Shown one piece after another: positions 12,061-25,507 of a DNA stretch of 64,000 nt; the first letter of the stretch is position 1; every line of letters starts with the position of its first letter. The stretch comes from Camelus ferus (taxonomy: Eukaryota), in the NCBI RefSeq assembly GCF_009834535.1, contig NC_045697.1, positions 51,400,001 to 51,464,000 on the forward strand, given 5' to 3'. The notes beneath the pieces were generated by a model. That model searched no databases, was not told the DNA's origin, and saw only the letters and a list, made by a program, of their open reading frames with translations. A program made the position numbers and the translations under genes.

Positions 12061-13619
12061 TCCTAATTTCTGGGAGCTTGAACTGGATTTGCTCATCGGT
12101 CATTAAATTTCCCACCTTTTAGTAGGAAATAGAATCATGGAAGACAATGAACACTTATCAGTTGCCTATTATATACATACATGATCTCAATTAGCCCTCA
12201 AACAGTCAACTGCAATAGGTATGGTTGTAGATTACCTACTTAATTGCTGAGGTGGGGAGAAGTCAGGGAGCTTGCTTGAGGACACTTCCAAAGATTGGTG
12301 GAGTTAAGTATAGACCCACGTCTCTTTCCAAGGCATTTGCTCTTTTGTTTTTCTTCCCTGAAGTGGGAAGTTCAGCTCAGGATGAACAAGTATTTGTTGA
12401 ATGAGTGAAAAGATAAAAGAATTAAGTTATGCAAAAGACAAAAGTAAGAAATTTAGAAAAAAATTCAAGAAACATTTATGGGGTGTAATAATGAAAAAAA
12501 AAAAAAGACAGTATAAGTAAATATGTGTGCTTAGAATGAAAAGAAATAGGTACTCAGCACTCAGCTGTAGTCCTACCCTAAAGCTAGAGAGCAGTGGTTG
12601 CTTCTTTTGTTTTTGAACCATCCATTCACTCAACAACTATTTGATGAGATCCAACCATGTGTACATCAAAGATACAGGAATAAAGAAGACGTAGTTCTTT
12701 CCCTCGTGAAGCAAGCTTGCACACACAAGGGATATGAATAACCACTGTCATACAGCTTTCGTTGGATTTGGGCAGCCCTTTCTCTTCAAAAAGTGCTGCA
12801 ATTGTATCTGCTGAATTGTAGCTTTCTTCTCTCCAGGCAGAGGAAGAACTCCTTCTTATAAAGTAGGGATTTGAGAATTCTTTCTGTTGGGGAAGTACAA
12901 TGATAAGGAAGTTGCTTCTTATTACTGGAGCCTTCCAACCAGTCTGCTTTTCTAGAAATTGTTGAATGGCTTCTCCCAGACACAGAGGGGAGCTCAACAT
13001 GTAACTGTAGTATGCAAAAACTTTTTTGGAGCAGTGTGGTTATTAGGTTCTTAAAGGTTGAAAAGTTAACGTCTTTTCAGCTCTGCCAAATCAGCATCCA
13101 TCATGCTTGTGTTCGTCCTTCTCAACAAAATGTGGTGACTTTGCACTTCCTAAATTGATTTGTGGTAGAAAGATCTTTAAATCTGGGGATATGAAGAGGA
13201 AATGTCAGTTTCTGGGCAAGACTTTTTCACTAACTCTTCAGCTAGTATGTCCCTGAGTGAAAACTATGTAAGTAAAATACACCATTATAAAAGAATCATG
13301 ATTGTTTATTTTAAAAATAAGATTCTAATTGTAATTTTAACACATACTGAGGTCCTAAGGGAATCTACAATTATTTTAAGTCAGATTAAGCTCAGTATAT
13401 TCAATAGCCAATGTAGACAATCCTTGATATTTATCATCTCTTTCTGAAGTTCTCTGGTATGTCAGTTTGGAAGAGCACCTTCCTCCTGTCAAAGTGTTAA
13501 TCAGATGTATTTAATTTTTCTGTCATTAGAAAAATTATTAAATCACATCAATACTTCTTATGTTTTTCCAGAATTACTCACTTTGGTCTTTTTATATGGT
13601 TAAATTAATTTTTATTTTT

Positions 13620-14040
13620 CAATCATTCAACCAATTACCATCCAGCATTTCCTTTGTATCAGGCCCTGTACTAGGGGCTTAGGAACCATCTATGAACCAA
13701 TTGGAAAAGTCCCTTGCCCTTCACTTTGATTCTAGCAGAGAGATAGACCATAAACAATACGAGTAACAAATGACGTGGTTTACATTTTTAGGGTAGGCCT
13801 CCTTAAGAAGGTTACTTTAGAGCAAACGCTTGAAGGATATGAGGGAGTAACCCAGCATGTATCTTGAGGTAGAGGCTTCCAGGCAGCAGGAGCATTATTT
13901 GAGGAGCACTGAAGAGGTGAGTGCCTGGAGCAGAGAGGCAAGGGAGATGCACTCAGAGTGCTGAAGTGGGCCAGATGGTAGGGGCTGTGTGGGCCGTTGT
14001 AAAGATCTTGGGTTTTATTCTGAAAAAACAAGGAACTTTT
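13620..14040 (-). mobile_element. L2 fragment
   Basis: tcattcaacca...ggtaggcctccttaagaaggttactttagagc...gggccgttgtaaagatcttgggttttattctga. Confidence 0.75.
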
Positions 14041-14908
14041 GCAGGTTTTTTACCACAGTGGGAACACAGTCTTCATCTCAGTTATACTCTGTTCGCAATT
14101 CCTTTGCTGTTGGACATTTTTGTACTATTTATAATGATGTTATTTGTAGTCTCTAACCATGGGTAAATTCAAATTTTTATCTGGTATCTGTTGCCTACAG
14201 AATGTAAAATCAAATACTGCTAAAGCTTAGTTATCTAAACAAAGAATTCTCTAATTGTGGATTCCAGGTGGTCAGGGGATTTCTGCATTCCGATTGGCTG
14301 ACTGCTTGTGGCCCAGTCAGTCCAGGTGTCAGCCTGGATGTACATTTCCAGGGGGCAGATTTTAGTAACCAATCTTACAGTGAGGTAATAGTTGCATATT
14401 TTATGCTTTATAACTTACCTGATTCTATTTCTTCAAGATGCATCTCTGAACATTTACAGTTTAGTAAACTTCCCCAGGTGAAGCATTTTTGCTATATACA
14501 ATAGCTCCCTTACATGTTAGAGAATATGAGAAAGCTTATACTTTATAGTGTGCACACACTGCCCTTCTGTGATTGAAGTGTGAGACTTTTCGCATGCCAT
14601 AGTAGAGTATTCTATATTTTCCAGTTAGGTTCGAGAGTGTTTTGAGATCGTGCCCCAGGCCCATGGTCTGGAGAGGTCATTGTCCAGGTTGCCCGACTTG
14701 CCCCAGGGTAAGGACTGGGTAGTTGTGTGCGTGAACTCATGGATGATGTGCTTCTGACTTCAAGCACTGGGTCCATCTGAGGGGAGAAGTATTATTTAAT
14801 ATACTTCTGTTTGCACATAAAGAGTTGAATGATTGGGTATTGGACTAGTTGTTAGCTACTTCTAGTAATGGAAATGATTTTATTTTGGCAACTGGTGAGG
14901 TAAAGTAG

Positions 14909-15085
14909 TGTAGGGAGGAAAAAGTCCCTGGCTGGGTCTGAAAATTAAACTGACAAAGACAGATTAACAGGAGAAAAGCATACAACTTTTATTACATTTT
15001 TATATGTGCATGGGGCTTCACAAGAGAATTAGGTAACAAGAACAGGAAGCTTTTATACCTTTTAGACAAAGAGACAATATTGATT
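14909..15085 (-). mobile_element. ERV1-type LTR fragment
   Basis: tgtagggaggaaaaa...aattaaactgacaaagacagattaacaggagaaaagcatac. Confidence 0.6.
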
Positions 15086-15087
15086 TT

Positions 15088-15360
15088 AGGTGAATAAATA
15101 AAGAAGTTGCAGTAAATATATACAATGGAATACTACTCAGTCATAAAGGGAATGAAATATGCTATTTGCAACAGCTTGGATGGACCTGGAGGGCATTATG
15201 CTAAGTGAAATAAGTCAGACAGGAAAGACAAGTACTCTATGATCTCACTTATACGTGGGGTAAAAAGAATAAACTCATAGATACAGAGAACAGATTAGTG
15301 GTTGCCATGGGTAGGAGAAATGGGTAAAGGGAGTCAAATGGTAAAACAAAAAAAAAATTA
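15088..15360 (+). mobile_element. L1 ORF2-end/3'UTR fragment (L1MA-type)
   Basis: tacaatggaatactactcagtcataaaggg...tggatggacctggagggcattatgctaagtgaaataagtcagac. Confidence 0.85.
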
Positions 15361-15804
15361 AGTTGATGTAAAACAGGCATAGAAATTTTGAATCATGTTC
15401 AAAACGTTGACTTTATATATATGTACATATGTGTTTCCATATGCTAATGTAGATAGCATAGGTGTATATGTAGTATATATACACACTGATGCATATCTTA
15501 TTTCTAAAATAATGGAAATAAATAAATTCTAGATCTTTAAGATGAAACCAAATATTAGCATATTAGAAATTTGCATTAAAATTTTAAAAGTAAAAACCAA
15601 AAAAAGAGAAATAAAGGGGTAAATCAGAAAAGAAAACTCTTTAATACATTTCATGAGACATATTTGAAACCGTATCATTTCTGTGAAACAAAATTAGGAT
15701 GTTGTGTAGAGAAACAGAGACAGACATAAGCTTATACCAAGAAGAGAGACAGAGAAACACAGGTTAGGGAGGATTTCAATTTCATTAATAATAAGATAGC
15801 TCAG

Positions 15805-15828
15805 TGCATCAGTTAGGGTTCTCCAGGG

Positions 15829-15864
<36 letters not shown>

Positions 15865-16223
15865 TATTAAATGTTACGTTATTTTGAGTAATTGGCTCAA
15901 GCAATTGTGAGGGTTGGCAAGTCTGAAATAAGAAAAGCAGGCTGGCAGACTGGAAACTCATGCAGGCGTTGATATTAGAGTCTTGAGGCAGAATTTCTTC
16001 TTCCCTGAGAAATCTCAGGTTTTGCTCTTAAGGCCTTTAAGTGATTAGATGAGGACAATCTACCTTATCAAGGACAATTGATAAGTTTAAGTTGACTTAA
16101 AATCAACTGATGATAGATGTTAACCACGTCTACAAAATGCCTTCACAGCAACACCTGATTAGTGTTTTATAAATTAACTGGGTACTGTAGCCTGGCCAAC
16201 TTGATACATAAGACATTCATTCA
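15805..16223 (-). mobile_element. MLT2D-like ERVL LTR with internal (CA)n
   Basis: cagttagggttctccagggaaac...ttggcaagtctgaa...ttaaggccttt...cttcacagcaacacct...tagcctggccaacttgataca. Confidence 0.85.
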
Positions 16224-16846
16224 GTCTGACCAAATATTCTATAGAACACAATAAAATATGATGGTTAAAATACAGATACTCTTTTCTTACACACATCACA
16301 ATGACAATAAGATAATAAGAAATTTCTAGGCAAAATTTTAAAAGAAAATGCAGCACAAAAGATGCATGAAAAACACTAAGCAACAAAAACAGTTTTGCCC
16401 TGAGGACTAGCTGCCAATTCTAGCAAACCTGAGCTTTCCTTTTGAGGCCTCATAGATGAGAAAACAGGAGCCAAGGCCAAGTCACCTCCCCACGTGAGCA
16501 ACTCTTCAGAGAACCTGTCCGTTCTAGGCTGGGTCTCCAAAGGGAGCTACTCTCAGGGTTAAAGTGTACCTGAACCCAACTGCTCCAACTTCATGGACAG
16601 TGGATAAGGGCTCTCTGATGCTGAGTGGAGCAAGATAGAAAAGAGGAAAGGGGAAAAAATCATCCTGTAAAAGTTGTGGTTATAAAAGAGTCTCCATACA
16701 GATTTGTCAGCTTCATACAGTTTCATATAGAAGCCTTTTGAGAGTTGAATAAGATTTATCTGAGTTTGATCATAATTGCATATAAAGAGTTTAAGCAATC
16801 TATAAAACTCTTAGAAGATAACATAGGAGAATAAGTTCATTATCTT

Positions 16847-17444
16847 TCTTTCTTTTCTTTTTGTTTTTTTGGTCCCGAATGCATTTTTATTTTCAACACT
16901 CGGGCCTTTCTCTTTTGTGTCAGCTCTCTTAGAAAACACCTAACCATTACTTGTTGGAGTCAGTAATTTAAATTGTGTACTCTTCTCAAACCAATTTCTG
17001 TCAGAGTTAAATTGCTTCCTTCAGCCCAAGAGAAAGAATGCTTTAGTATACAACTATTTTGAGACTCAAAACAATTTTTTTTGAAATGTGAAATATCATT
17101 AGCAAATGAAAGACAGCATAACCATGATCATTAACAGTCTTACTTTAATTAGCTATTAATTATATTTCCTGTTTTATACTATATTGAAGAATTACAGCTA
17201 ATTATAACAATCATCGTCATGATTGTTCTTCATTTTCACTCAAAGCTTGAATATTGAAAGAATTATTAAAATGCCTTCTTAATTTCTTTGCCAATTTATA
17301 GACATCATGACTCATATTTAAAAGTTCACTCCTTTTGTTTATGAAATTTAGGTTCCACTGAGATAGTTCACCTGTCTGAAACTTCCAAACCAGTGAAGCA
17401 CCACTCTCAGCTGGAACTTAGCATTCTCCTCATTTTCCTTTTAG
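16847..17444 (-). pseudogene. 5'-truncated processed retrocopy (3'-UTR-like) or orphan L1 transduction; source unknown
   Basis: T-rich tail 16847-16870; TTTATT (AATAAA on minus) at 16886-16891; TSD 16832-16846 / 17445-17459 (13/15 match); interrupts an old L1 ORF2 fragment. Confidence 0.75.
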
Positions 17445-17652
17445 TAAGTTTATGATCTTGATGGAGGGAAAGATTTCCTAAACAAGTTTTGGATAAATTG
17501 ATGAACACTCTGGACCTTCTTCCCTAGATTCCTAAATTTTGTTTACAATAACAGGGAGTTTATGGACTCCATGTTAAAAACTACTGAAGTAGCTATCTCA
17601 GAATGAGGGCACTAAACAGGAGCCTCCAATGATAAGATATTAAAACTAAAAT

Positions 17653-18035
17653 ATATCAGTCCGGATAGGTTAGAGGATGTCTCAGTAACAAATCCTAAAA
17701 TTTCAATGGCTTAAGACCGTGAAATTTGTTTTTTACACACACTACATTTTCATTGTGAGCCGGCTGGAGGGCTCTAATTCAGGTCACCCCAACTCTGGGA
17801 TCAAAGCTGGAACAGCAGTTAGAATGTGGAACGTTGCAAGTTGCTCCCAGGGCTCTCAGCAGTAATTTAGCATCCTTCCTAAAAGTGACATACATCACTT
17901 CTGCTCACAACTCTCTTATCAGAGCTAGTTATTTGACCCCACCCAAGCAAAATGGGGCTGGGAAGTACAGTCCTACCATGGACCTGGAAGGGGGAGAGCC
18001 AGAAACACTGCAGGGCCAGCACTGCTGACTGCCAG
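17653..18035 (-). mobile_element. MLT1K/L-like MaLR LTR
   Basis: ggataggttag...aatggcttaa...gtgacatacatcacttctgctcaca...gggctgggaagtacagtcctaccatg. Confidence 0.7.
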
Positions 18036-19129
18036 ATGGGACCACGCCTGCCTCCACTAGGAGGTGATTATGCATCATCTGATACCTTACTTCTTCCTAC
18101 ATGCAGTGCCTCTAACATCCTTCTCCACCTTCTAACACAGTGTCTTTCTTCCTATGAAGGGGATATGTAAAACAATTTTTAAAAAATCATCGTAACTATG
18201 CATTGATATAAAAGTCACAGATGAATTTCACATTAAAACCTAATTCTTACTCAGTTGTATTTGGTGATAGTATCAGATGGCCAGTCAGGACATTGAGTGT
18301 TCAATAACTGACCAGAGAAGTCTGCTTGACGGCAGGAAGGAAAGGTATGGAGGTTAGTTACAGACTGTACCAGTTGGTGGCTAGTATGCTCTGGTTCAGT
18401 TCTTGTCTACAGCTAGTATACATTCTGATTTGGTGAATATCTCCATTCTGATGTACTTTTCACACCATGTCTGTTATAAATACTTTGAATATCATCATTA
18501 GTTAGTATAAATAAATGAATTAAATTAATGAATTCAGGAGAAAAGACAGGTCACCAGGGCCTTATGAAGATACATATAAAACATGTAAGAAGTCAGAGGG
18601 ATTATGAAAGTTTTACTTTCTTATGTCTATAAAATTGAGGTGAGTCAAGAACACAGTTGGAATTTGGTCAATTAGGATAGAAGGCCCAACTGAGGCTGAA
18701 CGTATGCACTCCTGGTTGCCCTGGCATCAGGGCCTCCTTCCCATGCTAACAGTACTATAATATAGGTGAAGTAATAATTGGAGATAGAGAAATATGTGTT
18801 CAAGTCAGCTCCTGAGTAAGTTAGGGGAGGGGTTTGCTAAAGGCAAATGATAAAGTTATGAAAAGGAAAGAATTTCAATTAAAAACTGAAAAAAAAAAGA
18901 AAATTAATTTGAGCCTAAGCTTGAAAGCTTCTGGGCTTAACACTGCACATAATGATGTTTCTTCCCTGACTTTGGCTGAAGGCAGGGTAGATAGTAAATC
19001 ATGTGATTGTATATCTACATTATCTCTTCCATCATAGCCTAGAAAAAGCACTGAACTGGGAAACTGTGACCTACATAAATTGACTTGGATTGGAGCCATC
19101 TGCTGTGTGGATTACTCTGCCTGCTCTTA

Positions 19130-19338
19130 CTCTTACCCACAAAGTTCTCATTTGCCTAGAATGGTCAAGAGGGAGTCAGAACAAGCTTGCCCGTATTTTC
19201 TGTTGATTTAGTTTACTTTGTTTTTAATGTTGTCCTTAGTTATGTCTTATTCTTGCCAAATACAACTTCAAATTTTGAAAAAAAGAATTTTTTTGTTAAA
19301 GAGGCATATCTGGGGATGACATACTCTAATTTCCTTTG
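19130..19338 (-). mobile_element. ERV1-type LTR terminal fragment
   Basis: Ends gaggcatatctggggatgacatactctaatttcctt, resembling an ERV1 LTR terminus. Confidence 0.45.
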
Positions 19339-19560
19339 GTGGGTTGCCTAGAGTTCCTGTAAAAACCTAAGGAAAGTAGTGAGAGAAGCCTCAGTTAGCT
19401 CATTATACAGGCCTTAGGCCAGAGGAACAGAAGCAATCCTTTTGAATATCCATGTGGTTCAACCCTCTCACCAGGACTAAGGGCTCCATCAAAGCGCCAA
19501 TACAGCGAGATGATTTCAGTTCCTTGTCCTCTGTGCCCGTATCACTTCCCAGGCACCTAG

Positions 19561-19820
19561 CAGGACTGAAGTTACGATGTTCATGCATTTGGCACTATTG
19601 ATTTCATTGACCCACTTCCTCCATAAAAAGTATTAAAAATCATACTTTATGACTGTATTGGTATAAAGATAGATATTATATTTTAAAATATTTTTGACCT
19701 ATAAGTTTATTTTTCTTCTGCTTTTAAAAGACATTGAAACATTTTTGTGAGCGTCTAAACCTATCGTGGACCCTAGGCAAGGAGTTACTACTGGGTCTAA
19801 TGGGTAAGTTGGTCATGAAC
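19561..19820. mobile_element. hAT-type DNA transposon (MITE) remnant
   Basis: End resembles ...atcgtgg(g)ccctaggca...ctaatgg(a)taagt(c)gg; family not assigned. Confidence 0.45.
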
Positions 19821-20189
19821 CACTAGGGGTCGCTGTGGTTATGGAAGGAGGTTGAGGGTTCAAGAATTCTGGTCTCAGCCAACTGTGATCTGATAATTAT
19901 TAATAGTTTAAGCTGAGAATAGTCTAAAGAAAGGATCAAGCCTCCATAACTTGTTTAAAAAAATGAGTCTTCTAACAACTGTGTAGGAAAGTAAGTTCTT
20001 TGTTTGCGGTGTTCATCTTTTATCCCAGTTTCTTTTTATGCAGTGGCTCCAATGCATTTGCCTTTTGCTAAAGTATAACCACATATAAGTGGTCAAGGGT
20101 TAAATAGGAAAACTTTGCAAAGCAACACATAAGCCAGAGACTTTTCTTACCTTCACTACTGCAGTGTGGAATATTTTAATTGACTAATT

Positions 20190-21130
20190 GACAGTTTGAA
20201 TCCCTTATATATGCTCTCTGTGTGTGGTGCTAGGGTCATGGTGAACAAAACAGCCATGCTTCTTGATCTTGGAGTATGTAGTTGTGGGTGGGGGACAGGT
20301 GTGGAGAGTAGGAAAGAGATGGGTGACCAAACGATTATAATATAGAATGTTATACTTTATCAAAGGAGAAAGTGATGGTTCTCAGAAAGCTTATAGGAAG
20401 GGCACTTACCACAGATTCGCAAGGCACAGGGGCAAATAAGCTTATCCAGATGAAGTGAAACCAGAATTGAGGACTATAGGGTAAGTAGGAGTTAGCAAAT
20501 GATGAGAAGAAAGAGGAGGAGAAAGAAGAAGGGGAGGAGGAGGAGAAGGAAGGGAGGATGAGAAGATCTCAAGCAGCCAGAAGAGAGCTTAAAGGGCAGG
20601 TGGGAGGCAAGTAGGGGGACAGGGGAGAAACTGGGTACGTTAGAGGAAGTACAAAGAATTTCGTATGGATGGAGCATAGAGTGCTTTGAGGAAGAAGAGA
20701 AAAAGTGAGAGAGAGTTGGGCAGAAGCCGCAGAGGCTGGGTCTCAAAGTCCATGATGAGAGTTTGAGCTGTAGTATAAGAGCAACAGGGAGCCAGGAAGA
20801 GTTTTAAGCAGTGGAGTGACATGTTTGTGTTTGCATTTAAGAAAGACCATCCTGATTATAGGATAGATTAGAAAGAGACAAGAGCATATGTGGAAGGAGA
20901 GGGAGAGATGACAGTCCATTAATCCAGGCAAAGAAGATGGTGATGACTTGAGCTACACTAATGGCCAGTGGCTATGTAGAAGAACTCTCAGCTGTATCTG
21001 AGAGGTATTGATTTGGGAACTCTCAGCGACAGAACTTGTGACAGACTGGCAATGGAAACTGAGAGGCTAATTATACCCGGTTGGGGCTAGTACAGTATAT
21101 TCATGGTACCATTCAACAAAAGGGAAGGAA
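20190..21130 (-). mobile_element. L2 fragments
   Basis: gggagccaggaagagttttaagcagtggagtgacatg...ttgcatttaagaaagaccatcctg...aatccaggcaaagaagatggtg. Confidence 0.7.
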
Positions 21131-21774
21131 TAGGAGGAGAATTGAAATAAAAATCACAGGGAAGATCCTCTTCGCAGATTAATACTAAATTCAGCCTATT
21201 CATACCCAGGTGTGATAATCCTATAAAAGTGATGCCCAATTTGGCCTCTGTTATGACCACTTTCATAGAAACACCACGTTGTATAGACAGTTACCCTCTC
21301 TTCTTGTCTTCCTCCTCTTCCTTTTACCCTATAACTGTACATATTTTTGCCCCAATTCCCCTCTCTTTCTAGAAGGAACAGCTGTAGAATGACAAACTCG
21401 TGTTTCGACTGTTTCAGCAGGAGACTCAGGCAGGCCCAGCAGCCTCTGGCAGCACCTTGCTTTGGCTATTGGATGAGAGCCGTAGGCAAGAATGTGCTGT
21501 AGTTTATTTAGGCATCACTTGATTTTTGAATTGGCCAGGGAACACCATTGCCTTAGCAATTCTCAGAGAAAGGCAGATTGTTACTAAATTTTCACCATTC
21601 AACCCCTGAAGCTGTCAAACTTGCCTCAATCTGGACTAGCGATGATTCCATCTCTTAGGTTAAATTGTGGGAAAAGAATCCTGGAGTGATGAGTGGGTGG
21701 GTGGAAGTTTAAGGTGCGAATACTATTGTATGCTTTCTCTCAAGATGGTGTTCTTCTCTGAAAAAGATTTTTGT

Positions 21775-21860
21775 TTCTTTTTGTTTTTTTTGTTTCTTCT
21801 CTTCCTTCTTCCTCATTTCTCCTCCTCCTCCTCCCCTTCCTCCTCCTCCTTCTCCTTCAA
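21775..21860. repeat. Pyrimidine-rich low-complexity / (TCC)n tract
   Basis: Direct reading. Confidence 0.85.
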
Positions 21861-22631
21861 CACATACTCTCCATCTCCTCTAACTGTAAAGTCTTGCAAT
21901 CCACAGATGTTAGCCTGGCAAGTGTAATTAAGGCAGTCAGAAAAATGAAACAGCAGAGTGTTCAATGTGCCAGATACTGAAGCACGAATTTTAAAGTAAA
22001 CAGTACTTTCCCAGTGCCCTGGTGAACAGTGAAAATGTTTTACTCTCTATCCTCCATTTTTTTGGGGGGGGTGGGGGTGGTTGTTATAAAATGGTTGGGT
22101 AGGTAAGACAGGTTGGACTGAAGAAAAGGGAAGAAGAATTGCAAAGACGTTTTTCTGTAGAACAACTGAGGTCTTTGTATTGTATCTTGTGTTCGGTTTG
22201 GTTTTCATGGGTCCAAGCTTAAATACATAAGAACTAGGTGCCAAAAGCATTGAAAAGTCATTTGGAATACCGTTAGGAACTGTACATGACCTCATGGGAG
22301 GAATGTTGCTCAGTGGAGACAAGTGGGAAACTTGCATAGATGTGGGGGGCTGACACCTTGTTCACTTTCCAGGGGAGGGTTGGTGGAAGGGGCTGGGCAG
22401 CAGGCTAAATGCTGGTAAAATGTTCTGAAGGGCAAACCTTACATGGCCTGAGCATTTGGAATTTTTTGTTGGCTTCTTTCTGTTGCCTCATTTTCCAGCT
22501 GCTTCTCGGGCATAGGAAAGCTCTCTTCACTTCTTGGTAGGCTGTTAATTCCTTAATATGTAGGCCTTTGTCTTATTGACTAAGTCCAAGCCAAAGGTGA
22601 GCACACGAGAAATTTATGGTCTCACAGTTCT

Positions 22632-22851
22632 GTGAAGATTGGAGTTATGCTGCCACAAGCCAAAGAACTACAAGAAGCTGGGAGAGAGGCCTGGAACAGA
22701 CCCTTCTCTAGCACCTTCGGAGGGAGTGTGGCCCTGCTGACACCTTGCTCTCAAACTTATAGCTTCCAGAACTGTGGGACAATAAATTTCTGTTATTTAA
22801 GCCATTCATTTTGGGGTATTTTGTTATGACAGCCCTAGGAGACTAGTACAC
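22632..22851 (+). mobile_element. MLT1B/C-type MaLR LTR 3' part
   Basis: gctgccacaagccaaagaac...ggccctgctgacacctt...ccagaactgtgggacaataaatttctg...cagccctagga. Confidence 0.85.
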
Positions 22852-23749
22852 CATCTAAATACTTTAACAAAGTGAGGACCAGAATCTGTGCTTCAAGTGC
22901 CTTCTTTCTGTGTCTCTTTTGCAGACTCTTTTTCTGTAGCATGAACGTAACTAGCTCACAGATGGAGTCTGTTTGCAGTATCAGCACCAATGGATTTATT
23001 TCTGTGTCCTTTCTGCATTGTTGAGGTGAGCTTTGCTGAGTTATGTGAATCTAAGTGTTTCAAAATGGACCATGAGTTCTGGATGAATATGTCCTTTATT
23101 TTTGATAGTTCTTAAAAAGATTTGAAAAAAAATACTTTTACATTTTTAGATGGATTTCAAGGAAAATTAAACATTTTATACATTTAAATAGAATGTATTA
23201 AATTAGAATGAGTGAAATTGGGCAACCTCAGGTAAGTCAATTACCTCTCTGAATCATGTTTATATTTAAAAATGGTGGTAACAGCAGTTTCCTGCTTACA
23301 TCAAAGGGTTGCTTAAAAAAAAAAATTAACTGAAGAGTTTGAAAGCCCTTTATGAACTGTAAAATACTATACACTCTCACTGATATTAATGAACTATATG
23401 ATTTCTGCTTTATTTATGATTTGCACTCTGCATTCTTTTAAAATGAATTTGAGGCATCTCTTAATGAAATACACAAACTCTAGGATGATTGAGGTAGAAA
23501 ATAAAATCATCCTCCTCTGGAAACCTTTTCCTGACTCTTCCCATCTCCTGACTGGTTCGATGCACCTCATGTGTTTTCCCACAAGACACCATGCAAACAA
23601 GTCTCTTCGCGCTTACTTTGCTGCATTATAACCATTGGTTTGATTTAGGGACTTGTTGATTAGACTAGAGTTCACTGATGGCAGAAGACTTTCTCTGAGA
23701 CACTTTATCTCACTAATTTCTAGCATAGTACCTAGAATGCTTTCAAATA

Positions 23750-23945
23750 AGTGAACAAATTATTTCAGCAAATATTTATCAAGTGCTTCCCATGTGCCAG
23801 GCACTTTGTTAAGTGCTGGAGATCCAATGACAACCCAAAATTGATAAGATTCCATTGTAATTGGAGATTACAGTCTGGTAAGGGAGATAGATATGAATCA
23901 AATAGTTAAACAAATAAAAATACAACCTTGTTAAGTGCTGCACAC
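23750..23945 (-). mobile_element. L2 3' end
   Basis: ttcagcaaatatttatcaagtgcttcccatgtgccaggcact. Confidence 0.7.
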
Positions 23946-24517
23946 ATGCATATTTTATCCATTAGTTCCTTTCCAGTCCGACTTCTCAGCACTTGAGCAG
24001 AAGAAATTTATGACTTGGCACTCAAAATTATTGCAGTTTCAGAACATGACGAATTATTGAATTCCATAAATAATAACCATAGCTATCACATATTAAGCCC
24101 TTTATTATGGGTGAGGCACTATGCTAAACATGTTAAAAGGATTATCGCATTAAGATCTCATTGAATCCTCATGAAAATCCTATCAGTTATAGACTATTAT
24201 TGTAGGGAAATGAATTTATAATTATGGTCTGCAGACCAAACTGAGAATTAGAACCATCCCTGTAAAAGTGTAGTTAGGCATAGATTGGGGAATTGGTTTT
24301 CATGTATGCCTCAGATTAAGCTCTGAACAAACACCCAGGGTTGTCTGGGAATTGACCTACAACTTGCCTTTCTCCACAGAGGGAATTAAAAAGTAGGAAT
24401 CTTCTTAGAGCTGGTGAGACTTCACTACAAATCAGTAGTATCACTGGCATCTGTGTATTCCCGTGATCACTCTGGGAGGCCTGGGAAACTCCCTCCACCT
24501 GAGGATTTACTACACGT

Positions 24518-24650
24518 TTCCTCCCTTCCCTCCCTCCCTTCTTCCTTCCTCTCTCCCTCCCTCCCTCCTTCTTCCTTCCTTCCTTCCTTCCTTTCTTCCT
24601 CCTTCCATCTTTCCTTCCTTCCTTCCTCCTTCCCTCTCTATCTCTTTTTC
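24518..24650. repeat. (TTCC/CTCC)n polypyrimidine simple repeat
   Basis: Direct reading. Confidence 0.95.
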
Positions 24651-25507
24651 TTTTTCCACCATTTACTCACTCCACACATTTATCCCCATTTTTCTGATGG
24701 GAAAGTTGGGACCCGGCTTCTATTGTAGGGACAGTAAGAGATAAATCTAGAGGTATGATAGGATTTGCCTAAATTCAGTTAGGAAAAATAAAGAAAGCTC
24801 TGTTTTCATACATATGGGAATACATGGCTCATAGAGACTAGAAAAAATATACAAGTTTATAATTTCAGCTATCTAAAAGGAAGCACTCAAGTTTGTCAAA
24901 TGATACACTTTAGGCCTTTAATTATAGAAGAAATTGTTTGGAATTTTATTATCATTCATATATTCACTCATTCACACATGGAAGTGAAAATGTTCCATAG
25001 AACATTATCCTTACTCTGGAGGAAAATGAATTGAATATAGAAGCAGGAAGGAGGTGGCATTTGATCTGGTCCCTTTAGTTTGAGTAGGAAGTCATGGAAC
25101 TGAGAGAGATAGGGAGAGGTATACACTAGATAAAAATGCAGACGCGTACAATAGCTTGGAAGTATTACTGGGCATGTAGGGAAAGAGCCAAGAGTTGAGT
25201 ATGCTTGTCATAGAGGATGCTGGGAGAGGGACGGTGGTGAGAGACTGCCTGGGGAGGCCAAATCATGGAACTCCTTATAGGCAATGATAGGAGTTCAGAT
25301 ATTATTTTTATAAAATATAAAATATGAGGTTAATGAAGACATTTGGAACAGGGAAAAGACATAAACAGGTTGATGTTTTCAAACAGTAGCTGTGGAGATA
25401 GGAAAAATGTATAGCTTTGAGAGAAGCATCTTTTCAAGATAAATTTAGGGGATAGAATCTATGGGATCTGATGGCAAAAGTAACTTAGGTGAGAGAAAGG
25501 ATTAGAA

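Noticed and set aside
24414..24744. Ser/Pro/Phe-rich ORFs (also 20492-20746, 21667-21980, 32632-32947)
   Set aside because: These are translations of simple repeats.
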